Part shown: one piece after another, positions 51,201 through 64,000 of the stretch
Layout: every line of letters begins with the position of its first letter
Position numbering within the stretch: position 1 is the stretch's first letter
Made by a program: the position numbers and the translations under genes
NCBI GenBank assembly: GCA_030390025.1
Contig: JASTWF010000036.1
Location: forward strand, 1,178,001 to 1,242,000
Reading direction: 5' to 3'
From: Squalus acanthias
Lineage: Eukaryota
DNA length: 64,000 bases
Notes under the pieces: model-generated
The model's database searches: none
What the model saw: the letters and a program-made list of their open reading frames with translations, nothing else
Told to the model about the DNA's origin: nothing

Positions 51201-54200
51201 CTCGCTCTCTCTCTGTCTCACTCACTCTCTCTCTGACTCGCTCTCTCTCTCTGACTCGCTCTCTCTCTCTCTGACTCACTCTCTCTCTCTCTGACTCGCT
51301 CTCTCTCTCTCTGTCTCGCTCTCTCTCTGTCTCGCTCTCTCTCTCTGTCTCGCTCGCTCTCTCTGTCTCGCTCGCTCTCTCTCTGTCTCACTCACTCTCT
51401 CTCTCTGACTCGCTCTCTCTCTCTCTGACTCGCTCTCTCTCTCTCTGACTCGCTCACTCTCTCTCTGACTCGCTCACTCTCTCTCTCTCTGTCTCGCTCA
51501 CTCTCTCTCTCTGTCTCGCTCTCTCTCTGTCTCGCTCACTCTCTCTCTCTGACTCGCTCTCTCTCTCTCTGTCTCGCTCACTCTCGTTCTCTGTCTCGCT
51601 CACTCTCTCTGTCTCGCTCACACTCTCTGTCTCGCTTGCTCTCTCTGTCTCGCTCGCTCTCTCTGTCTCGCTCACTCTCTCTCTGTCTCGCTCGCTCTCT
51701 CTGTCTCGCTCACTCTCTCTCTGACTCGCTCACTCTCTCTGTCTCGCTCACTCTCTCTCTGTCTCGCTCACTCTCGTTCTCTGACTCGCTCACTCTCTCT
51801 GTCTCGCTCGCTCTCTCTCTCTGTCTCGCTCACACTCTCTGTCTCGCTTGCTCTCTCTGTCTCGCTCGCTCTCTCTGTCTCGCTCACTCTCTCTCTGTCT
51901 CGCTCGCTCTCTCTGTCTCGCTCACTCTCTCTCTGTCTCGCTCGCTCTCTCTGTCTCGCTCACTCTCTCTCTGTCTCGCTCGCTCTCTCTGTCTCGCTCA
52001 CTCTCTCTCTGTCTCGCTCACTCTCTCTCTGTCTCGCTCACTCTCTGTCTCGCTCACTCACTCTCTCTCTGACTCGCTCACTCTCTGTCTCGCTTACTCT
52101 CTCTCTGTCTCGCTCACTCTCTCTCTGACTGGCTCACTCTCTCTCTGATTCGCTCACTCTCTCTCTCTGACTCACTCTCTCTCTCTCTGACTCGCTCACT
52201 CTCTCTCTGACTCGCTCACTCTCTCTGATTCGCTCACTCTCTCTCTCTGACTCACTCTCTCTCTCTCTGTCTCGCTCACTCTCTCTCTGACTCGCTCACT
52301 CTCTCTCTGACTCGCTCACTCTCTCTGTCTCGCTTACTCTCTCTCTGTCTCGCTCACTCTCTCTCTGACTCGCTCACTCTATCTCTCTGACTCGCTCACT
52401 CTCTCTGACTCACTCTCTCTCTCTCTGACTCGCTCTCTCTCTCTGTCCCGCTCACTCTCTCTCTGTCTCGCTCACTCTCTCTCTGACTCGCTCACTCTCT
52501 CTCTCTCTGACTCACTCTCACTCTCTCTGTCTCGCTCGCTCTCTCTGTCTCGCTTACTCTCTCTCTGTCTCGCTCACTCTCTCTCTCTGTCTCGCTCACT
52601 CTCTCTCTGACTCGCTCACTCTCTCTCTCTGACTCGCTCTCTCTCTCTGACTCGCTCTCTCTCTCTCTCTCTCTGTCTCGCTCACTCTCTCTCTCTGTCT
52701 CGCTCACTCTCTCTCTGACTCGCTCACTCTCTCTCTGACTCGCTCACTCTCTCTCTGACTCGCTCACTCTCTCTCTGTCTCGCTCACTCTCTCTCTGACT
52801 CGCTCTCTCTCTCTGACTCGCTCACTCTCTCTCTGTCTCGCTCACTCTCTCTCTGACTCGCTCACTCTCTCTCTCTGACTCGCTCACTCTCTCTCTGACT
52901 CGCTCACTCTCTCTCTCTGACTCGCTCACTCTCTCTCTCTGACTCGCTCACTCTCTCTCTGTCTCGCTCACTCTCTCTGTCTCGCTCACTCACTCTCTCT
53001 CTGACTCGCTCACTCTCTCTGTCTCGCTTACTCTCTCTCTGTCTCGCTCACTCTCTGACTCGCTCACTCTCTCTCTGATTCGCTCGCTCTCTCTCTCTGA
53101 CTCACTCTCTCTCTCTCTGACTCGCTCACTCTCTCTCTGACTCGCTCACTCTCTCTCTGATTCGCTCACTCTCTCTCTCTGACTCACTCTCTCTCTCTCT
53201 GTCTCGCTCACTCTCTCTCTGACTCGCTCACTCTCTCTGTCTCGCTTACTCTCTCTCTGTCTCGCTCACTCTCTCTCTGACTCGCTCACTCTCTCTCTCT
53301 GACTCGCTCACTCTCTCTGTCTCGCTTACTCTCTCTCTGTCTCGCTTACTCTCTCTCTGTCTCGCTCACTCTCTCTCTGACTCGCTCACTCTCTCTCTCT
53401 GTCTCGCTCACTCTCTCTGATTCGCTCACTCTCTCTCTCTGACTCACTCTCTCTCTCTCTGACTCGCTCACTCTCTCTCTGATTCGCTCACTCTCTCTCT
53501 CTGTCTCGCTCACTCTCTCTCTGCCTCGCTCACTCTCTCTCTCTGTCTCGCTCACCCTCTCTCTCTGACTCGCTCACTCTCTCTCTCTGACTCGCTCTCT
53601 CTCTCTCTGACTCGCTCTCTCTCTCTGTCTCGTTCTCTCGCTCTCTGTCTCGCTCACTCTCTCTCTCTGTCTCGCTCACTCTCTCTCTGACTCGCTCTCT
53701 CTCTCTGTCTCGCTCACTCTCTCTCTGTCTCGCTCACTCTCTCTCTCTCTGACTCACTCACTCTCTCTCTGTCTCGCTCACTCTCTCTCTGTCTCGCTCA
53801 CTCTCTGACTCGCTCTCTCTCTCTCTGTCTCGCTCACTCTCTCTCTCTGACTCGCTCACTCTCTCTCTCTGACTCGCTCACTCTCTCTGTCTCGCTCACT
53901 CTCTCTCTCTGACTCGCTCACTCTCTCTGACTCGCTCACTCTCTCTCTGACTCGCTCACTCTCTCTGTCTCGCTCACTCTCTCTCTCTGACTCGCTCACT
54001 CTCTCTCTGACTCGCTCACTCTCTCTCTCTCTGACTCGCTTACTCTCTCTCTCTCTCTCTCTCTGACTCACTCACTCTCTCTCTGTCTCGCTCACTCTCT
54101 CTCTGTCTCGCTCACTCTCTGACTCGCTCTCTCTCTCTCTGTCTCGCTCACTCTCTCTCTCTGACTCGCTCACTCTCTCTCTCTGACTCGCTCACTCTCT

Positions 54201-57200
54201 CTGTCTCGCTCACTCTCTCTGTCTCGCTCACTCTCTCTCTCTGACTCGCTCACTCTCTCTGACTCGCTCACTCTCTCTCTGACTCGCTCACTCTCTCTGT
54301 CTCGCTCACTCTCTCTCTCTGACTCGCTCACTCTCTCTCTGACTCGCTCACTCTCTCTCTCTCTGACTCGCTTACTCTCTCTCTCTCTCTCTCTCTGACT
54401 CACTCACTCTCTCTCTGTCTCGCTCACTCTCTCTCTGTCTCGCTCACTCTCTGACTCGCTCTCTCTCTGTCTCGCTCACTCTCTCTCTCTGACTCGCTCA
54501 CTCTCTCTCTCTCTGACTCGCTTACTCTCTCTCTCTCTCTCTCTCTGACTCGCTCACTCTCTCTCTGACTCGCTCACTCTCTCTGTCTCGCTCACTCTCT
54601 CTCTCTGACTCGCTCACTCTCTCTCTGACTCGCTCACTCTCTCTCTCTCTGACTCGCTTACTCTCTCTCTCTCTCTCTCTGACTCGCTCTCTCTCTCTGT
54701 CTCGCTCTCTCTCTGACTCGCTCACTCTCTGACTCGCTCACTCTCTGACTCGCTCACTCTCTCTCTGACTCGCTCACTCTCTCTCTCTGACTCGCTCACT
54801 CTCTCTCTGACTCGCTCTCTCTCTCTCTGTCTCGCTCTCTCTGTCTCGCTCTCTCTCTGTCTCGCTCGCTCTCTCTGTCTCGCTCGCTCTCTCTCTGTCT
54901 CGCTTACTCTCTCTCTCTGACTCGCTCTCTCTCTCTCTGTCTCGCTCACTCTCTTTCTCTGTCTCGCTCACTCTCTCTGTCTCGCTCGCTCTCTCTGTCT
55001 CGCTCACACTCTCTGTCTCGCTCGCTCTCTCTGTCTCGCTCACTCTCTCTCTGTCTCGCTCGCTCTCTCTGTCTCGCTCACTCTCTCTCTGTCTCGCTCG
55101 CTCTCTCTGTCTCGCTCACTCTCTCTCTGACTCGCTCACTCTCTCTCTCTCTGTCTCGCTCTCTCTCTCTCTCTCTGGCTCACTCTCTCTGGCTCGCTCT
55201 CTCTGGCTCGCTCTCTCTCCCTGTCTCGCTCTCTCTCTCTCTCTCTGACTCGCTCTCTCAGTCTCGCGCTCTCTCTCTCTCCAGCTCACTCTCTCTATCT
55301 CGCTCGCGCTCTCTTTGGCTCGATCTCTCTGTCTCGCTCGCGCTCTCTCTCTGGCTCGCTCTCTCTGTCTCTCTCTCTCTGGCTCGCTCTCTCTGTCTCG
55401 CTCTCTCTCTGTCTCGCTCGCTCTCTCTCTGGCTCGCTCTCTGTGTCTCGCTCGCTCTCTGTCTCACTCGCTCTCTCTGTCTCGCTCGCTCTCTCTCTGG
55501 CTCACTCTCTCTGTCTCGCTCTCTCTCTGTCTCGCTCGCTCTCTCTGTCTCACTCGCTCTCTCTGTCTCGCTAGCTCTCTCTCTGGCTCGCTCTCTCTGT
55601 CTCACTCGCTCTCTCTGTCTCGCTCGTTCTCTCTGGCTCGCTCTCTCTGTCTCGCTCTCTCTCTGTCTCGCTCGCTCTCTCTCTGGCTCGCTCGCTCTCT
55701 CTCTGTCTCGCTCGCTCTCTCTCTGGCTCGCTCTCTGTGTCTCGCTCGCTCTCTCTGTCTCACTCGCTCTCTCTGTCTCGCTCGCTCTCTCTGTCTCGCT
55801 CGCTCTCTCTCTGGCTCACTCTCTGTCTCGCTCTCTCTCTGTCTCGCTCGCTCTCTCTGTCTCGCTCGCTCTCTGTCTCGCTCTCTCTGTCTCGCTCGCT
55901 CTCTCTGTCTCGCTCGCTCTCTCTCTGGCTCGCTCGCTCTCTCTGTCTCGCTTGCTCTCTCTCTGTCTCGCTCTCTCTCTGTCTCACTCGCTCTCTCTGT
56001 CTCGCTCGCTCGCTCTCTCTGTCTCGCTCGTTCTCACTCTGTCTCGCTCTCTCTGTCTCGCTCTCTCTCTGGCTCTCTCTGTCTCGCTCTTTCTGTGTCT
56101 CGCTCGCTCTCATTGTCTCGCTTGCTCTCTGTCTCGTTCTCTCTCTGTCTCACTCGCTCTCTCTGTCTCGCTCGCTCACTCTCTCTGACTCGCTCACTCT
56201 CTCTGACTCACTATCTCTCTGGCTCGCTCTCTCTGTCTCGCTCACTCTCTCTGTCTCTCTCTCTCTGGCTCGCTCTCTCTCTCTGTCTCTCTCTCTCTGT
56301 CTCTCTCTCTCTGGCTCGCTCTCTCTCTCTGGCTCGCTCTCTCTGTCTCTCTCTCTCTGGCTCGCTCTCTCTGTCTCGCTCACTCTCTCTGTCTCTCTCT
56401 CTGTCTCGCTCTCTCTGTCTCGCTCTCTCTGTCTCGCTCTCTCTGTCTCTCTCTCTCTGTCTCGCTCTCTCTGTCTCGCTCTCTCTGTCTCGCTCTCTCT
56501 GTCTCTCTCTCTCTGTCTCGCTCTCTCTGTCTCGCTCGCTCTCTGTCTGTCTCGCTCTCTCTCTGTCTCGCTCTCTCTCTGTCTTGCTCTCTCTCTGTCT
56601 CGCTCTCTCTGGCTCGCTCTCTCTGTCTCGCTCTCTCTGTCTCGCTCACTCTCTCTGTCTCTCTCTCTCTGGCTCGCTCTCTCTCTGTCTCTCTCTTTCT
56701 GTCTCGCTCTCTCTGTCTCGCTCTCTCTGTCTCTCTCTCTCTGTCTCGCTCTCTCTGTCTCGCTCGCTCTCTCTCTGTCTCGCTCTCTCTCTGTCTCGCT
56801 CTCTCTGTCTCGCTCTCTCTCTGTCTCTCTCCCTCTGTCTCGCTCTCTCTGCCTCGCTCTCTCTGTCTCGCTCACTCTCTCTGTCTCTCTCTCTCTGGCT
56901 CGCTCTCTCTCTGTCTCTCTCTTTCTGTCTCGCTCTCTCTGGCTCGCTCTCTCTCTGTCTCTCTCTTTCTGTCTCACTCTCTCTGTCTCGCTCTCTCTGT
57001 CTCTCTCCCTCTGTCTCGCTCTCTCTGTCTCGCTCGCTCTCTCTCTGTCTCGCTCTCTCTCTGTCTCGCTCTCTCTCTGTCTCGCTCTCTCTCTGTCTCG
57101 CTCTCTCTGGCTCGCTCTCTCTGTCTCGCTCTCTCTGTCTCGCTCTCTCTCTGTCTCTCTCTCTGGCTCGCTCTCTCTGTCTCTCTCTCTCTGGCTCGCT

Positions 57201-60200
57201 CTCTCTGTCTCGCTCACTCTCTCTGTCTCTCTCTCTGTCTCGCTCTCTCTGTCTCGCTCTCTCTGTCTCGCTCTCTCTGTCTCTCTCTCTGTCTCGCTCT
57301 CTCTGTCTCGCTCTCTCTGTCTCGCTCTCTCTGTCTCTCTCTCTCTTTCTCGCTCTCTCTGTCTCGCTCGCTCTCTCTCTGTCTCGCTCTCTCTCTGTCT
57401 CGCTCTCTCTCTGTCTCGCTCTCTCTCTGTCTCGCTCTCTCTGGCTCGCTCTCTCTGTCTCGCTCTCTCTGTCTCGCTCTCTCTCTGTCTCGCTCTCTCT
57501 GTCTCGCTCTCTCTCTGTCTCTCTCCCTCTGTCTCGCTCTCTCTGCCTCGCTCTCTCTGTCTCGCTCACTCTCTCTGTCTCTCTCTCTCTGGCTCGCTCT
57601 CTCTCTGTCACTCTCTTTCTGTCTCGCTCTCTCTGGCTCGCTCTCTCTCTGTCTCTCTCTTTCTGTCTCACTCTCTCTGTCTCGCTCTCTCTGTCTCGCT
57701 CACTCTCTCTGTCTCTCTCTCTCTGGCTGGCTCTCTCTGTCTCGCTCGCTCTCTCTCTGTCTCTCTCTCTCTGTCTCGCTCTCTCTGTCTCGCTCGTTCT
57801 CTCTCTGTCTCGCTCTCTCTGGCTCGCTCTCTCTGTCTCGCTCACTCTCTCTGTCTCTCTCTCTCTGTCTCTCCCTCTCTGTCTCTCTCTCTCTGTCTCG
57901 CTCTCTCTGTCTCGCTCTCTCTGTCTCGCTCTCTCTGTCTCGCTCTCTCTCTCTGTCTCTCTCTGTCTCGCTCTCTCTCTGTCTCACTCTCTCTGTCTCG
58001 CTCTCTCTGTCTCGCTCGTTCTCTCTCTGTCTCACTCTCTCTGTCTCACTCGTTCTCTCTCTGTCTCACTCTCTCTGTCTCGCTCTCTCTGTCTCGCTCT
58101 CTCTGTCTCGCTCTCTCTGTCTCGCTCTCTCTGTCTCGCTCTCTCTCTCTGTCTTTCTCTCTGTCTCGCTCTCTCTCTGTCTCACTCTCTCTGTCTCGCT
58201 CTCTCTGTCTCGCTCGTTCTCTCTCTGTCTCACTCTCTCTGTCTCGCTCTCTCTGTCTCGCTCGTTCACTCTCTGTCTCGCTCTCTCTGTCTCGCTCGCT
58301 CTCTGTGTCTCGCTCTCTCTGTCTCGCTCTCTCTCTGTCTCGCTCTCTCTGGCTTGCTCGTTCTCTCTCTGTCTCGCTATCTCTCTGTCTCGCTCTCTCT
58401 GTCTCGCTCTCTCTCTGTCTCGCTCTCTCTCTGTCTCGCTCTCTCTGTCTCGCTCTCTCTCTGTCTCGCTCGCTCTCTGTGTCTCGCTCTCTCTGTCTCG
58501 CTCTCTCTCTGTCTCGCTCTCTCTGGCTCGCTCGTTCTCTCTCTGTCTCGCTCTCTCTCTGTCTCGCTCTCTCTGTCTCGCTCTCTCTCTGTCTCGCTCT
58601 CTCTGTCTCGCTCACTCTCTCTGTCTCTCTCTCTCTGTCTCGCTCTCTCTGTCTCGCTCTCTCTCTGTCTCGCTCTCTCTGTCTCGCTCACTCTCTCTGT
58701 CTCGCTCTCTCTGTCTCGCTCTCTCTCTGTCTCGCTCTCTCTGTCTCGCTCACTCTCTCTGTCTCTCTCTCTCTGTCTCGCTCTCTCTGTCTCGCTCTCT
58801 CTCTGTCTCGCTCACTCTCTCTCTCTGTCTCGCTCACTCTCTCTGTCTCGCTCACTCGCTCTCTGTCTCGCTCACTCTCTCTCTCTGTCTCGCTCACTCT
58901 CTCTGTCTCTCTCTCTGTCTCTCTCTGTCTCGCTCACTCTCTCTCTCTGTCTCGCTCACTCTCTCTCTCTCTGACTCGCTCACTCTCTCTCTCTGACTCG
59001 CTCACTCTCTCTGTCTCGCTCACTCTCTCTGACTCGCTCACTCTCTCTCTGACTCGCTCACTCTCTCTCTCTGACTCGCTCTCTCTCTCTCTGTCTCGCT
59101 CACTCTCTCTCTCTGACTCGCTCACTCTCTCTCTCTCTGACTCGCTCACTCTCTCTGTCTCGCTCACTCTCTCTCTGACTCGCTCACTCTCTCTCTCTGA
59201 CTCGCTGTCTCTCTCTCTGTCTCGCTCACTCTCTCTCTGACTCGCTCACTCTCTCTCTCTGTCTCGCTCACTCTCTCTCTGACTCACTCTCTCTCTCTCT
59301 GTCTCGCTCACTCTCTCTCTCTGTCTCACTCTCTCTCTCTCTGTCTTGCTCACTCTCTCTCTGACTCGCTCACTCTCTCTCTCTGACTCGCTCTCTCTCT
59401 CTCTGACTCGCTCTCTCTCTCTGTCTCGCTCTCTCGCTCTCTGTCTCGCTCACTCTCTCTCTCTCTGACTCGCTCACTCTCTCTCTCTCTGACTCGCTCT
59501 CTCTCTCTGACTCGCTCACTCTCTGTCTCGCTCTCTGTCTCGCTCACTCTCTCTCTGACTCGCTCACTCTCTCTCTCTCTGACTCGCTCACTCGCTCACT
59601 CTCTGTCTCGCTCTCTCGCTCTCTGTCTCGCTCACTCTCTCTCTCTGACTCGCTCACTCTCTCTCTCTCTGACTCGCTCTCTCTCTGTCTCGCTCTCTCT
59701 CTCTCTGTCTCGCTCTCTCTCTGTCTCACTCTCTCTGTCTCGCTCTCTCTGTCTCGCTCGTTCTCTCTCTGTCTCACTCTCTCTGTCTCACTCGTTCTCT
59801 CTCTGTCTCACTCTCTCTGTCTCGCTCTCTCTGTCTCGCTCTCTCTGTCTCGCTCTCTCTGTCTCGCTCTCTCTGTCTCGCTCTCTCTCTCTGTCTTTCT
59901 CTCTGTCTCGCTCTCTCTCTGTCTCACTCTCTCTGTCTCGCTCTCTCTGTCTCGCTCGTTCTCACTCTGTCTCACTCTCTCTGTCTCGCTCTCTCTGTCT
60001 CGCTCGTTCACTCTCTGTCTCGCTCTCTCTGTCTCGCTCGCTCTCTCTGTCTCGCTCTCTCTCTGTCTCGCTCTCTCTGGCTTGCTCGTTCTCTCTCTGT
60101 CTCGCTATCTCTCTGTCTCGCTCTCTCTGTCTCGCTCTCTCTCTGTCTCGCTCTCTCTCTGTCTCGCTCTCTCTGTCTCGCTCTCTCTCTGTCTCGCTCG

Positions 60201-63200
60201 CTCTCTGTGTCTCGCTCTCTCTGTCTCGCTCTCTCTCTGTCTCGCTCTCTCTGGCTCGCTCGTTCTCTCTCTGTCTCGCTCTCTCTCTGTCTCGCTCTCT
60301 CTGTCTCGCTCTCTCTCTGTCTCGCTCTCTCTGTCTCGCTCACTCTCTCTGTCTCTCTCTCTGTCTCGCTCTCTCTGTCTCGCTCTCTCTCTGTCTCGCT
60401 CTCTCTGTCTCGCTCACTCTCTCTGTCTCGCTCTCTCTGTCTCGCTCTCTCTCTGTCTCGCTCTCTCTGTCTCGCTCACTCTCTCTGTCTCTCTCTCTCT
60501 GTCTCGCTCTCTCTGTCTCGCTCTCTCTCTGTCTCGCTCACTCTCTCTCTCTGTCTCGCTCACTCTCTCTGTCTCGCTCACTCGCTCTCTGTCTCGCTCA
60601 CTCTCTCTCTCTGTCTCGCTCACTCTCTCTGTCTCTCTCTCTGTCTCTCTCTGTCTCGCTCACTCTCTCTCTCTGTCTCGCTCACTCTCTCTCTCTCTGA
60701 CTCGCTCACTCTCTCTCTCTGACTCGCTCACTCTCTCTGTCTCGCTCACTCTCTCTCTGACTCGCTCACTCTCTCTCTGACTCGCTCACTCTCTCTCTCT
60801 GACTCGCTCTCTCTCTCTCTGTCTCGCTCACTCTCTCTCTCTGACTCGCTCACTCTCTCTCTCTCTGACTCGCTCACTCTCTCTGTCTCGCTCACTCTCT
60901 CTCTGACTCGCTCACTCTCTCTCTCTGACTCGCTGTCTCTCTCTCTGTCTCGCTCACTCTCTCTCTGACTCGCTCACTCTCTCTCTCTGTCTCGCTCACT
61001 CTCTCTCTGACTCACTCTCTCTCTCTCTGTCTCGCTCACTCTCTCTCTCTGTCTCACTCTCTCTCTCTCTGTCTTGCTCACTCTCTCTCTGACTCGCTCA
61101 CTCTCTCTCTCTGACTCGCTCTCTCTCTCTCTGACTCGCTCTCTCTCTCTGTCTCGCTCTCTCGCTCTCTGTCTCGCTCACTCTCTCTCTCTGACTCGCT
61201 CACTCTCTCTCTCTCTGACTCGCTCTCTCTCTGACTCGCTCACTCTCTGTCTCGCTCTCTGTCTCGCTCACTCTCTCTCTGACTCGCTCACTCTCTCTCT
61301 CTCTGACTCGCTCACTCGCTCACTCTCTGTCTCGCTCTCTCGCTCTCTGTCTCGCTCACTCTCTCTCTCTGACTCGCTCACTCTCTCTCTCTGACTCGCT
61401 CTCTCTCTGTCTCGCTCTCTCTCTCTCTGTCTCGCTCACTCTCTCTCTCTGACTCGCTCACTCACTCTCTGACTCGCTCTCTCTCTCTCTGACTCGCTCA
61501 CTCTCTCTCTCTGACTCGCTCTCTCTCTCTCTGACTCGCTCTCTCTCTCTGTCTCGCTCTCTCGCTCTCTGACTCGCTCACTCTCTCTCTCTCTGACTCG
61601 CTCTCTCTCTCTGTCTCGCTCTCTCGCTCTCTGACTCGCTCACTCTCTCTCTCTCTGACTCGCTCACTCTCTCTCTCTCTGACTCGCTCTCTCGCTCTCT
61701 GACTCGCTCACTCTCTCTCTCTGACTCGCTCACTCTCTCTCTCTCTGTCTCGCTCTCTCGCTCTCTGACTCGCTCTCTCTCTCTCTGTCTCGCTCCCTCT
61801 CTGGCTCGTTTGCTCTCTCTCTGTCTCGTTCACTTTCTCTCTGGCTCGCTCTCCCTGTCTCGCTCTCTCTCTCTCTCTCTCTGTCTCACTCTCTCTGTCT
61901 CGCTCGCTCTCCCTGTCTCGCTCTCTCTCTCTCTCTCTGGCTCACTCTCTCTGGCTCGCTCTCTCTGGCTCGCTCTCTCTCCCTGTCTCGCTCTCTCTCT
62001 CTCTCTCTCTGTCTCGCGCTCTCTCTCTCTCCAGCTCACTCTCTCTATCTCGCTCGCGCTCTCTTTGGCTCGATCTCTCTGTCTCGCTCGCGCTCTCTCT
62101 CTGGCTCGCTCTCTCTGTCTCTCTCTCTCTGGCTCGCTCTCTCTGTCTCGCTCTCTCTCTGTCTCGCTCGCTCTCTCTCTGGCTCGCTCTCTGTGTCTCG
62201 CTCGCTCTCTCTGTCTCACTCGCTCTCTCTGTCTCGCTAGCTCTCTCTCTGGCTCGCTCTCTCTGTCTCGCTCTCTCTCTGTCTCGCTCGTTCTCTCTCT
62301 GGCTCGCTCTCTCTGTCTCGCTCTCTCTCTGTCTCGCTCTCTCTCTGTCTCGCTCGTTCTCTCTCTGGCTCGCTCTCTCTGTCTCGCTCTCTCTCTGTCT
62401 CGCTCGCTCTCTCTCTGGCTCGCTCTCTGTGTCTCGCTCGCTCTCTCTGTCTCACTCGCTCTCTCTGTCTCGCTCGCTCTCTCTGTCTCGCTCGCTCTCT
62501 CTCTGGCTCACTCTCTGTCTCGCTCTCTCTCTGTCTCGCTCGCTCTCTCTGTCTCGCTCGCTCTCTGTCTCGCTCTCTCTGTCTCGCTCGCTCTCTCTGT
62601 CTCGCTCTCTCTCTCTCTGGCTCGCTCGCTCTCTCTGTCTCGCTTGCTCTCTCTCTGTCTCGCTCTCTCTCTGTCTCATTCGCTCTCTCTGTCTCGCTCG
62701 CTCGCTCTCTCTGTCTCGCTCGTTCTCACTCTGTCTCGCTCTCTCTGTCTCGCTCTCTCTCTGGCTCTCTCTGTCTCGCTCTTTCTGTGTCTCGCTCGCT
62801 CTCTCTGTCTCGCTTGCTCTCTCTCTGTCTCGTTCTCTCTCTGTCTCACTCGCTCTCTCTGTCTCGCTCGCTCACTCTCTCTGACTCGCTCACTCTCTCT
62901 GACTCACTCTCTCTCTGGCTCGCTCTCTCTGTCTCGCTCACTCTCTCTGTCTCTCTCTCTCTGGCTCGCTCTCTCTCTCTGTCTCTCTCTCTCTGTCTCT
63001 CTCTCTCTGGCTCGCTCTCTCTCTCTGGCTCGCTCTCTCTGTCTCGCTCTCTCTGTCTCTCTCTCTCTGTCTCTCTCTCTCTGGCTCGCTCTCTCTGGCT
63101 CGCTCTCTCTGTCTCTCTCTCTCTGGCTCGCTCTCTCTGTCTCGCTCACTCTCTGTCTCTCTCTCTGTCTCGCTCTCTCTGTCTCGCTCTCTCTGTCTCG

Positions 63201-64000
63201 CTCTCTGTCTCTCTCTCTCTGTCTCGCTCTCTCTGTCTCGCTCACTCTCTGTCTCTCTCTCTGTCTCGCTCTCTCTGTCTCGCTCTCTCTGTCTCGCTCT
63301 CTGTCTCGCTCTCTCTGTCTCTCTCTCTCTGTCTCTCTCTCTCTGTCTCGCTCTCTCTGTCTCGCTCGCTCTCTCTATGTCTCGCTCTCTCTGTCTCGCT
63401 CTCTCTGGCTCGCTCTCTCTGTCTCGCTCTCTCTGTCTCGCTCTCTCTCTGTCTCGCTCTCTCTGTCTCGCTCTCTCTCTGTCTCTCTCCCTCTGTCTCG
63501 CTCTCTCTGCCTCGCTCTCTCTGTCTCGCTCTCTCTGTCTCGCTCGCTCTCTCTCTGTCTCTCTCCCTCTGTCTCGCTCTCTCTGTCTCTCTCTCTCTGG
63601 CTCGCTCTCTCTGTCTCGCTCGCTCTCTCTCTGTCTCTCTCTTTCTGTCTCGCTCTCTCTGTCTCGCTCTCTCTGTCTCGCTCACTCTCTCTGTCTCTCT
63701 CTCTCTGGCTGGCTCTCTCTGTCTCGCTCGTTCTCTCTCTGTCTCGCTCTCTCTGTCTCGCTCGCTCTCTCTGTCTCGCTCTCTCTCTGTCTCGCTCGCT
63801 CTCTGTGTCTCGCTCTCTCTGTCTCGCTCTCTCTCTGTCTCGCTCTCTCTGGCTCGCTCGTTCTCTCTCTGTCTCGCTATCTCTCTGTCTCGCTCTCTCT
63901 GTCTCGCTCTCTCTCTGTCTTGCTCTCTCTGTCTCGCCATCTCTGTCTCGCTCTCTCTGTCTCGCTCGTTCTCTCTCTGTCTCGCTCTCTCTGTCTCGCT
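42253..64000 (+). repeat. Giant (CT)n-derived complex satellite, units (CT)k + GTCTCG / GACTCG / GGCTCG with or without CTCA; continues past the window end
   Basis: >21.7 kb pyrimidine-rich array; rare marker strings recur at ~6.52-6.54 kb and ~1.73 kb offsets. Confidence 0.98.

Noticed and set aside
55315..59240. 1219-aa and 1167-aa ORFs (SL/RE-rich), and all other ORFs in 42228-64000
   Set aside because: Translation artefacts of a stop-poor CT satellite; open in several frames on both strands

Overview
Eukaryotic, repeat-dominated, apparently non-coding window. The repeat inventory (Deu-domain SacSINE1-like SINEs, CR1 tails, Penelope-like ends, Harbinger/hAT MITEs) points to a cartilaginous fish (shark) genome; this is inference. 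I found no convincing host-gene exon. Bases 1-42250 are a mosaic of often nested retroposons and non-autonomous DNA transposons, including a near-intact CR1 ORF2 with one frameshift. Bases ~42253-64000 are a single >21.7 kb (CT)n-derived satellite with ~6.5 kb and ~1.7 kb higher-order duplications. The most interesting signals are: (i) small TSD-flanked fold-back Penelope-like elements with minimal hammerhead ribozyme motifs, one with the motif on both strands; (ii) Harbinger-type MITEs carrying a complete small intron, splice donors, promoter-like motifs and perfect internal palindromes; (iii) the CpG-periodic giant satellite; (iv) a CR1 lacking its 3' end inside a block bracketed by an exact 27-bp direct repeat. 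Family names come from recalled consensus motifs, not database searches. Most long ORFs in the supplied track are low-complexity artefacts. Boundaries of degenerate repeats are approximate.
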